Assembly (NCBI GenBank): GCA_051294905.1
Contig: CM119385.1
Span: 16,120,001-16,184,000 of the forward strand
Direction: 5' to 3'
From: Botryllus schlosseri
Lineage: Eukaryota
Length of the DNA stretch: 64,000 nt
Shown here: piece by piece, positions 51,601 to 63,600 of the stretch
How the letters are laid out: each line of letters begins with the position of its first letter
Numbering within the stretch: the stretch's first letter is position 1
Made by a program: the position numbers and the translations under genes
The notes under the pieces: model-generated
Database searches by the model: none
What the model saw: the letters and a program-made list of their open reading frames with translations, nothing else
Told to the model about the DNA's origin: nothing

Positions 51601-54600
51601 CGTGATGCACATACACGCGACCTGCACACATGCATAACATGCCTGCATTGCATACATTGCAGTCTCTGTAATGCCCATTCCCGGTGGTGTCCATTCTCGG
51701 TAATGTTTTTTTTTTCGGAATTGACTGGACAGTGGACACCCATCTGATCACTTCCCGCTATCACAACTTCACGCGTTCACCGCCGATAAAACGCCGCTTC
51801 GCAGTGTCGGTTTGTATGACCCGTCGGCATATACACTCAGCCTCCCAGATTTTAAGAAGAAAACCTCCACCAAATAGCAGCCGAAAGCGACTTCATTGCC
51901 ATTCCGGAGAAATATATATATATTCCAACATCCACTGTAAGGTCTTGCTTCAGTATACGCTGAACTCACGATCTGTTGTTTGCTTCGTCCAATTTTTACT
52001 TATATCTCACTTTATCACTCTGGTTATTAAGTATAGATATATCATTGATGGCCTGCTCGAATATAGAATAGGTTACCCGTCTACACCGTCGATGCTATTC
52101 TATTAAAAATCCTTCGTAATGTTACCAAACAACACGACAACGCCGAGTAAAGAAATCCGCGTAGTCAGATCGCGATATTATCGAATACATTTCAATTCCA
52201 GTCTCTTTAGATATCCGTCATGAGGTCTGCTGTCAGCGAGGCTTTTACGTTGCACACAGTATTTCGAGTGGTGACACGGTGTCTGTGTTCGAAGGGAAAA
52301 CGATCAACGCTTAGCCTACGCGGCATCCTACCGACGCCGTAGCAGACAGCGGTTCTTGCCGTAGTGGCGCCGTTGAAATGTTTTTGACGTAGCGCCGATC
52401 GCTTTTGTGTGGAAAGCTTATGATTCAATTGTCGCTTGTCGTTTGATCGATGCAGACGGATTAGATATGTGGATCCAGACGTCAGACATGAACTTACGGA
52501 GAGACACTAAGAGGCGACCGGCGTCGAGTGGTTTCGGGTAAAGGTTTCTTGAAAAGAGCTTTCCGGCGAGATGATGATGTATTAATCTTTTAATCTACGA
52601 TACTTTGAAGATATTACAAATGCCGGTCGAGACATTGGATGTTCTGCATTTCCTAGTGCGCAGGTACCTCCGAGCACAGGATCATAGTTATGATTTGGAT
52701 ATACGTATGTAAGTTTAGGGATGGTGTGAACCTCTGAAATGTTCAGGTTCGTGTGAACGCGAACCTTTTTGAAAGGTTGTGTGTGAACGCGAACGTGAAC
52801 CTCATGACGTCACGTTACGTCATATTGCTTATTCCAATCCTACATTTCAGCGAAGTGATGGCCTATATTAATGTACACGATACCTAGCGACGACTCGGGC
52901 CACTTGATGCCACAATGTTGAAGTACATATTGACGTTGCCACATGTATCAACTGGGGTAATCAAATGATATAATACTCCCATAAAATCAATGTATTCCGT
53001 CCCTTTGCCAACAATTTCGACGAGGACTTGCAAGAAATATAAGCTTACGCCTTAACGGTCTACGCCAGACCGGACAATGTATTAGGCGTCTGAGTATTGC
53101 TACGTTGATATTGAACAGAGTGTAAAATGGGTTTCTACACTTGCTACCGATATTACCCCATTAACAAGTTATAAAGCAGTAGCCAACACCCCAATCGCAC
53201 GGATTGGGTTTTATGATACAATAAACAATAAACAGATTAAATCAAGATTGAACCCATACGCCCGTTAAAGAACCGATATCAATTTCATTGATTGGTTGAA
53301 TAAGCATGATTCGCTGACTACCTACTCTATTTGTATTGTAGTGTATTTCGCTCTTGATGTTGTATGATAGCGGGTCAAGCTCACAGCAGAGAGTCACTAA
53401 ATATTCGAGCAAACTTTTGCAACAAAGCAAGTAAAAATTTTGAGATTGTCAAGGCGCATGCTCGTTTAGTGTTGATTTTTATTTATACTGCCAGCACCAT
53501 GCATAGAGTGGCCCGCAGTTGAACAGCTATAAATTTCAACCAAAGATGTTATAATGAATTGAAAATTGTAATATATCAAAAAGGTTCACGGTCCAGAACC
53601 TACCAAGGCTCGTTTGTGAACGTGAACCTCTATATTTTTGAGGTTCACGCATAGAACGCGAACGTGAACCTCACGTTCACACCATCCCTAGTAAGTATAC
53701 GTAGACGAATGATTATATGTACTCAATTCAGTGTTCGTTCTTCAAATGCGCATGGCGCTTACCACTTTTCAACATGATTTAAAAATATGTTTTAAAATAT
53801 ATATATTTGTAGGCCAAGTTTGTTTGCTCGATTGATCGATTTCATCAAGTGGTTTCGAATCCTTCTCGCAATTTTGAGGTGTTTACAATTGATTCTAATT
53901 CTTAGTAAACAAACAAATGAATATCAATCACCTAACAATGTATTTATCCCCGCAGCGCTAGGTGCTTGCTTGGCGTTACTGAAAAGTAAATATACGTCAG
54001 TCGATGACTTTACGTCGGGTCTGAGATGCCAGCTACAACTGATGTAATATACTATCCGATTTGAAGTTAATGTTCAAGGATTCCAATGGAAACATATTTC
54101 GTTTACTGCTTATAAAATACCGGTGGCGAGTTTGGTTTGCCTGGTACATTATCCCTTTTACATAGAATAGATCCTATCTCGGTCACAAAGATGAACTAAT
54201 TGAACGAGATTGTTGCAACAACAACAACAGTTAATCACAACTGATCTCATCGATAGAAATCTCAAGGGAGCTCAATCTAGGAGGCTATACAATCGACTGC
54301 GGCTAAATCCATACCATAACTAAACAATGTAAACATATGCCATTATATAAGCGAAGGTATCTTTGCATTTGCCGACTGCATACGGGGAGTACAAAGGATA
54401 TAAAATCGAATAAGAATGATCGAAAAGCATCAAGGTCACAGACTAAGCAACAAACGTGATGCAACTTGTCAAAACGAAAAATCACCGAAGCAATCACCAA
54501 ATTAGTTCTCCGTCTTAGGCTTGTAACTTGTTACCAAAGAGTACATATTCATATTGAATCACTAAAACTGTACTGCATTTCCAACGCTACACCTTGGTGT

Positions 54601-57600
54601 CAGATGAAGCTGAATTCATCACGGTAATGACGTCATAATAATCAACGACAAAAGCCAATCAGCAGCGCCGTCCCATCGGGAATAGTGCATGAGACATTTC
54701 GATATTTTCGTAATAGATGTATAACAGATATTCGCGCAATGCATACATAAGAAGTGTTCACGTCTATAGTTGAGTTGTTTTGACGATTTCCAGATGCCAG
54801 ACAGTGAGTTGAACGACACCGAGGTAAGAAACGTGATTTTTCACGGTAACATATGATTGATGGAAACGATCTACAAGTGATCCCGATACTGGATATATGC
54901 AGGACCATGTTTTTTTCACTACACGGGGAGATATCTGGCAGATTTTAGCTACTGGCATCGGATTGGATCCGGATCAGCATTTTCCGTGTCATTTTATAGT
55001 CTTTTGTAATTTATGACTCATCGCTTCCTTATCAAACTCGACATATCTTTATCGTCCCCCAAAGACTGGAGGTCATCAGTAGGGTTGTTGTTCTACTACT
55101 TTCCCGTTACATTCAAGTAGGTTGCATCCACTTACTCAAGTAGTTTTGATGGTATACTACTTCTACTTCAACAATTTTTTTGCCGCCGTCTGTCAAAACT
55201 GGCCCTCAAGGGGAGATAACGCCCACTTTGAGAACCACTCTTTCAAATCCGGACCATTTTCGGAATTTCAGTTACAGATTCAGGTATACACGTCCACTTC
55301 AGATAAATACAGAAATTTGCTGAATTTCTCATTTCATTTGATCGGACAAATCCATAAAAATTAGTTTCGACTTTTGTCACAGTCAGACTAAATGAAATAG
55401 ATACATTCAAGACACGTAACATATGAAGACTTACTCCGTGCAAGTCTCGGCACTGCGCGCACTCGCAGATGGGCGGGTGAACCTGCAGTATCCCCTTGGT
55501 CATCAAGGTCTTGAGACTTTTGCCGCAGTGCCGTATGCTGCGTTTCCAGTCCTTGGCGGTTTCGCGCCCGCTGATGAATTGAAATTCGTTCGGCGTCAGC
55601 CACTCGTCATTAAAATGAATCGATTGACCTGAATGCGAGCCGGGCAATTATTACAAGAAACGGAAATATGAACAACACTATGTGCACTGTGCAGCAGTGT
55701 ACAGACGCGGCGTGCAGCGCCGCACTCGTGGTCTTACGCGGCTTCTCGTAATGGAAATCAACATTATCATGACGCCGGAGGTGTAAGCTACAATACCCAA
55801 AACAGATATTTATCGCGTAGGCTACTTGCTCGAATTATGATCGCCGATCGTGCTCGAGCATATATAGACTGTAGCCTGTTCTAAGAATAACCCAGAACTA
55901 TACTCTTCCACTTGAGCAGCACCTCATACCACGTATTTTAGACATGTACTGTACCGTATACATCTATCAGGATCCTCGAGGTCTAACATTATTTAAATCG
56001 TGGATTCTATTTCAAAAATCTAGACCCAGATCCTTAGATCAACCGCCGGGTCGGGACAGGATTCTGAAATTCCTATTCAGTGAAAGTATACCTTAATGAC
56101 ATTTCTACAACGCACCACTTCAACAAACTTATACGCTTTGGCAAAAGCCTGATCTGAAGTTGGCGATCGAAGGCACAATATACTGACCCCAAACCACCAG
56201 AAGATTTATTCAAGATGCGTACGATATGTCCAAAGGCAAACCAGGATTCGGGTGGAATTAGAATTCTAATATAATTGGACCGGACAGGATGCCGAAGAGC
56301 CATTAACAGATCTATCGCCACATCGCCTTCAAAGTCTATTTACAATCGCGCCTGAAGTTCTGAATACACGCTCTACGATACCCTGTATACGTCCCCGTGC
56401 AGTACATAGTACACACCACCACTATCGCCTCGTAAAATCAATTTGAAAACCGCAACTGTCACGAACACAATGCCAGGTTGCAAATCCGAGCCGCGATACA
56501 CAGCACGCGCCGCCACGCTATTGCGCATACCCGGAAACACAATGCGGATACGACAACGGTATAGCCACAGTATTTCGCAAACGAGATATTAGTCGCTTTT
56601 GTCCTCCGCAATGATGACGCTGTAGCTGCAGATGCGATCAAAGCAGTCAACGTTGCTACTCAATTATGAATGAAGTTCCACTTGATTGCAAGTAACATAA
56701 GAAGCAATTTCCAAGAGGACGCGGGAAATGAAAGTTTTGAGATACACTCAAATAAGTAGTTTCAAAAAAAAAGTGGCAGCAATTAGCAATTAATGGGATA
56801 TGGTTACTTTTGATATTAAAAGTTGCATCTTCGATATTAATCCAATATTACTAATGGCGCAACACATTTAGCTACATTCGGGACTACGATTACTTATTGC
56901 ACATTCAATTAACGTGATACTAGGGCTATTTCGAGCGGTTCTTATGGTTTTCACTCGTAGAAGTTAAATGAAATTTCCCAAAAACTTTCTAATATTCATG
57001 TTGGGAGGAGTTGCCGCAGTTGGGTAATTCATTGTCAGCGTTACGAGAGACTACGGTTCAAAATAGCGTCTGAAACGCGTTTCGAAGTGCCGGAGATTTG
57101 TCTGGGGTAGTCCGCCATTGCGTCGCTGTTCTCACGGCGTATTTGAAGAAAAAATAGAGAAATGACAGGCAAAGGATCATCATCATCATCATCATCATCA
57201 TCAGGATGAATGAAAAGCAAAGAAAACAGCCGAACACTGCCACATCGGACATTAACATTAAGCCGAGGTGGATATTAGATTGTGTTGCCGTACTTTGTCC
57301 TTTCGACATCTTCTTACCTGCTCATTTCATAGCCTTGTGTCTTGTGTATTGCATTGTACATTGCATTGTGTGTATTGATTGGATAAAATGATGTAACCCA
57401 GGGGCGGGCAACATACGGCCCGCGGACAGTTTTCCGTCTCACATGATAATGTGGCCCGCGGCCCCAGTCTTCCGAGATTCCCCACTATTTGCGTAAACGT
57501 CAAATTTTAGTGACTGTATTACACATGTATGCGCAGCGAGCGAGGGTGGTGCTCACTCGTAAGCAAGTCGAAGCGAGAGACTTGCATTGTCGGCATTTCC

Positions 57601-60600
57601 GCTGTACTCAACCCTAATGCCATTTATGGTAATCATGGTGTTTGTCGACTTCAATGGTCATTTACACTAGGCCGATATTTCTTATTTTTGATTCCGTAAC
57701 CGTCGACTTGTAGCACGGCTCACTTCTAGGCTTTTGTAAGACATCGCTTATGCCAGGAGTCGCCAACTCGAGACGGGTCGCGGGCCACTTTCAAATTTCG
57801 TAGAGGCTGCGGGCCACAAGAATTCAATATCGAGATAAAAGAGGCCACACAGTGGAACAACCAGGCTATATCTCGTCGCCAACTAAACCAGGGGTTGTCA
57901 ACCTGCAGCCGCAGAAGGAAATTTGTGTGGATGTGAACAACTAATTCAATTAGTATGTGTTGGTGGTCGTCGACATGCAATTCGAATTTACTAATTGAGT
58001 TTCGAATTTTTTAGAGACCCAAGTTAATCTTGAAATTCAATGTGACTTTGTTTATCGATTTTAATATAGTGGCGCCAGTTGTAATCCTAGCTCCAGAGAA
58101 CAGATGTGAACAGCAGAGGAAAATGATATGCCTCATATAGAAATACCAACTCGGAGTCCTGTACTTTTCACTATACGGATAATCTTGATGGTAAGTCAAG
58201 AAATAACAGCATGCAACAAAGTGACTTATTATAATTGGCACACCGGAAGATTCATCATCATTTATGACTTGTCCTAAACTTTCGAAAAACATACCCTCCA
58301 TCAAATCTTCAGTTGAATCTGATCACATGGGATGAGAAATAATATGAAAAATGCTATTATTTATGACGAAATTTACAAGTGAATCTGAAAATATTTTCGC
58401 GCTTCGCGCGATTATGAACGACGCCATGACATGACCAGTGACCAGTGACCACTCGCGAAGTTGGTGTGTATAGTAAGCCTTTTGGTTAAATAGATAAGTC
58501 CGGAGTTCACCGGAAAAGGACATAGACACTTTTACATGGGTATTTGGCGTCTAGACAATTCGTTACGACTATGCCCTGGAATGCGAGCGTAGGCTACGTG
58601 AGTAATGGAAATGCGCCCGTGAATGGCAAAAAGGTTGGCCACCCCTGTACTAAACCCTAATGAATTGATATCTTGGTAAATTTGAGCTACCGAGCTTATC
58701 GAACGCCTTGAAATCCTAATTAAGGATTGCACCGTGTGTAGGCCTATGTTGATTGATCATAGAGAAGCAGACATGGTGGTGCCCGTATGACAACGCTGTT
58801 CTCAAATCCACATTGCCTTCGTCAATATTGACGAGAAATAGCTTTGAAGTTACATTTCTGTCGTTAAAATACATTCATTAAATACAATTAATTGGGCGAA
58901 GAATGTATCGATTCAGCAATCCGGCCCGCCAAGTATTTAATTTTCCTATATCCGGCCCGCCGACTGGAGAAGTTGCCCGCCCCTGATGTAACCGATGATT
59001 TTTTTTTCAGCATCATTGGTATACACCGATTGATGACAGTAGAGAGCTTATACGCTACGCCACCAGAATTAGTACAGATCAGTAGATCACGCTTGATCAA
59101 ACGGTGTTACCTTCACGCGAACGCTACATAAATGGATTGAATATATTTAGGTGTACGGAGTAAATGGCGTACTTCAGAGCACGCGGAATCAAGGTGAAAG
59201 TTGTCGGAATTATTGGTACAGCAAAACACTACAGCCAGAATATGCGAACAACGTTTTTCCAAATTATTACTAGGTTTCCACAGGGCATGCAAACGAAACT
59301 TGCACGACAAATTAATATCATTTAGAGCATTTTTGCATTTGTCTTTCGCACTAGTATTATCCCACATAATAAAACAATCACATTGTGAGTAGTGAACCTC
59401 GAAAGCGGCGCGCCCGATATTGGATTTCAAACGTTGGCTGGAATCTCCGTCGTGTCTATGACGCAGCACTGCAATTGTGGCGTATATACAGTGTTACCAT
59501 ATGTGCTCATTTAAAAGGATTCGTCTTCGATCTTTTTTCAGTAAATTGAAAGTGTCCTCCGAGGACGCCTAATTGTACTCTTTTTCGAGAAAAAGTATTA
59601 AAAGGCGATCAAAAACCCGACTCCACGCAGCGAACACCAGGATTTCGCAAAAATCGGGCAACACGGGACTTGAATCAAAGTGATGACCTTTTCTGTTAGT
59701 CAACGCAGTATTATCGGTAAAAAAGTTTTCAAAATCACCAGTTTTCTTTTTCAGTGCTGGGGCTTTCACAATTTTTGAATGGTGTCCCGTTTTTCTTTTC
59801 AAAATATGGCAACCCTAGATGTATAGCCAACCATTCTAGTATCATTGCTATCATAAGGAATAGCACTACTTACCCAATCGTTGTGAGTTTAGACTGCTTC
59901 TACGTCCAGTCGAGTGGAACATTACAACGTTACTTTAGCTTCTAAATGAGTACCAACGACAACTATAATTTGACCAACCTTGTTTCGGACCGGTTCGTAC
60001 TGCGATAGTAGGGGTATACTATATCTACGACAACATTTATATATGATAGCAAACTTCTGAACCTTAATAAAGCCATTTTGGACCAGGAGAAGTACTCCTA
60101 GTTTTTTGCATTACCGAAGTAGGTTTTGCCTACACTCATTACTGTCTTAAGTGATTGCGATTGTTGACTGCTTCTTGTTCTACTGAACTGTTTTACGTCT
60201 TTTTGGCAAAGCTAAGTCTGAAATACTTGCTCTGTTATTTACCTGTAAACTATTTCTACTTGTACTTGGATAATAAGTTATGACGTTACGTCTATACCCT
60301 TTCTCGAGTACCAGCGATGACTACACATTCAGCACCTTTGTTTCGGACCGCTCCAACATGAATAAACCCAACACAACAGTTTTACCCCTTACCTTTACTC
60401 CCTTGACACAGCTTGTTCACGTACAGCAGCCCCCGATTGCCCCCACACTCGACCTCAATAACCGGTTCCTCGTTGACGTGGTCCAGTACCAACTCAACCC
60501 CAAGCCGCGACGGGTCCGCCGGCTTTTCGATCGTGTAGCGGGTCGTGAAGTGATGGAGACTGGACGACGGAGTCACGTGACCCGAAGACGACATAGTCGG

Positions 60601-63600
60601 GTAGTCAGATGATCTCGGAGAGGACGGTAGGTAGTTTGCGTTGAGGTACGCGTTGGGCGGCGTTTCACTCGGGTCGGAGTTGGGGTATAAATCGGAGTAT
60701 CCTGCGTTGAAGTCAAATGGAAAAGTTGTGGAATGGATTCTTTGACTTGAGTCCGTGAAATGTTGATTGAAAGTGAAGCATGCAGATCCGAGACGCTCAA
60801 AAACTAAATTTCCTTGGTCCTTTGCTGGGCTACGCAATTGGCGGACCGCGGTCCGAATGCGAACAATTCAGTTCATTTATTAATAATCAATTCATCCAAT
60901 CAATGCGCCACAAGATTGCGATACAATGACAAGATAGGAAGGTGTCGAAACGTCTTGGCGTAGTCTTTGAAATCAGACACCCACCTGGGCCTAGTCGATG
61001 TAAAGAAGAGGCATGCACAGTTGCACACTGAATGAAAAGAAATTGAAAATAACATAAGAGGACAAGCGACAAAACGGGTTGGCATGTGACGGAAGGCAAG
61101 GTCGGTGCATCGGATCGTGGTTCAGTAGCACCTAGTGCTGATTAGTAACTGTCTGAGTATTTTTACATTGTTTTTAAAGTAACATAACCAGATCCGGGAA
61201 CCTATTTAGTTAGAAGTCATATAGCAGCACGACTACAGTTGTATTCCCTGTGCACTCTAACTTACGAACAACGGTGTAACATTGGCGTTTTCACCTCTGT
61301 CAATGCCTAGCTTTCATTTCACCTTTTCCTAGAAACCTATGCACTTTTCGCCCTTCTCAAAATTCGGTGTGCATGACATATTTGTAACTATAATGATTGG
61401 TGACTGAAGAGAAAAAAGAACATTGCTGAGGGGCGGTTGCAATGTGGCAGCGTGGTCGAAATAAGGCGCGATGTGTCTGCGCGCGAGCGATTTAACGAAC
61501 ATCACAGAATACCTGGATTTCTTCCCGAAAATTTATGCTGCCTTGAAACCACCATGCTTGCGGAGTCACTGCTGCGCAGTTGTTCGGCGAGAGATTTCGG
61601 CGATATCCCGGGCAACGGCCTGTGTACAGCTTCCCCGCCGCTTGGTGATGACGATGAAATTCGATCTGGCGATCCGTTCCTCCGGCTGCTCAAACAATGC
61701 AGAGGTGATCAGTAATGGAGTACTTCTACTTTTTCGGAGTACTCAAGTAGATTTCGCCTACTACCTACTGTTTTTAGGCTATATCTACTCATACCCGGGA
61801 AAAACTACTCATTATTTACAATTTGCAATCTGAAATTAGAGAGTAGTTTTGTGTAAGTATGTGCATCTCTCATATGAGAAACATAGCCCCTGTACCACGT
61901 AAAGTGAATAGATTTTCGAATATTATACTTAACTGCATTGACATAAGTCATTAACGAGTGTAATTTTCAACCGATTGAGCATAATACCCCCCCCCCCCCT
62001 TATACATCATGGCAACTGAATATATACATATTCGAATATCGCACCAAAAGACAGTGGCACTACGCAGTGTTTCCCGACACCCCCTCATCACGCCTAAATC
62101 AGAAAAAGAAAGTTGTTCCGCATTTATGACAGCTAATAATGAGACTCGTGAAGTTGGTGTAATACTATCATCATCCTGGGCATATTAGGTTTGAGTTGTG
62201 ATGAGAACAATCTCATTCTAAAATCTCCAGTGTCCACGTCCCGTGCTGTCAAATCGGTTTCTGGTGTGCATCAGAAATTTTGTCACGGCACTGAAAATAC
62301 GTTCTATCAAATATGAGCGGGGAAGGGCAGCAACGAAAAACTCAACCCGACTCCAGTGAGAGTAGTTCTATATTATTCAATTGTGAATCCGTAACGATTG
62401 ATGAGACTATGGGAGATATTGAACTTTGGGTTGAACTCAAACTTGTTCTACACTAATCACTACACACTAATCATTTCATGTTCGAAACTTCACAGATGGG
62501 ATTGATTATCCGCCGAGGAATTTCTAATTGGAATATATCCTGAAATCTAATCAAAACATCCTCGTGCCATTTTCTGAGGTGATTGATTTATATTTCTCCA
62601 TCAAAATCGGGTATTCTAGCTGGAACGGTAGCTCATGCAAGCTTGAGAATTGCAACACTTCACGTCTTCACATGTCACAAAATATCACGGGCTTATTGAA
62701 TCCGGACAGCGCCATTTTCACCTTTATCAGGTTTGAAACAGAAAAACAGAGACAGAAAGTAAAGTCACGTAAGGGCAAGACAGTTTATAGTAAAAAGCCA
62801 CCGCACCATTGCAGTGAGCAATAACTGCTCAACACGTCGTAGTTCTCATAGCACACAATGAACCAGCACGCTTTTCAGGGATACTGCCGTTTGCTAAATT
62901 AGTCCATCGATGGGCAGTATCAACCTTGTCAAGTACCAATGGTATTTTCCGGTACAGCTGAAAAAATAGACGGACGACCCTAAATTGCCCAGACTGAATC
63001 GATTCTGCATTTGTACTGTGAATTTAGCTTTTTTATCTTAATACTACGTCTTCTAAACCTACACCGCCCCCATTTACTCTCAGCGCCGCCAATCGTCCAT
63101 TTAATGACCAGCGCCCCATTCACGCAAGCGAACGCCCGCAGGGGGGCGCTGGCGCCTGCACTACAGTCAGCATTAGTCGCGAAGATACATCCAGCGAATG
63201 CGTTGCGAGATATCGTATTCATATAATCCACAGCTGCAACACCAATGGCTTGCGGGTTCGAATCCGACCGAGGTCGACTCCAAAAGTCCAACCTAAGTGT
63301 TGGAGGTTTATCTAGGCTCCTCCTCGCCATCTCATCCGCGTGAGAGGTGACTTATAAAAGCCAGAAGTGGGTCGTGCTACAAGTCGACAGTCGAATAAAA
63401 ATGAAGAAAATCGACCTGTTGTAGCCTATATATGACCACAATATAGTCGACAAACACCATAAATACTACAAACAACAACATCCGGCTATTACGAAAGTAC
63501 CTACCTCGGATAAACTATGCTTTTTGTAACTACTTTCCTGAATACTTAGAGACTTTTCATTTTGTACTAGCACTACCAGTTGTTTTGATAATCTCATAAA

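Noticed and set aside
46200-63300. Otx/Crx (TAATCC) enhancer clusters expected for a SAMD11 gene
   Set aside because: Scattered single sites only; no cluster beyond what AT-rich DNA would give.
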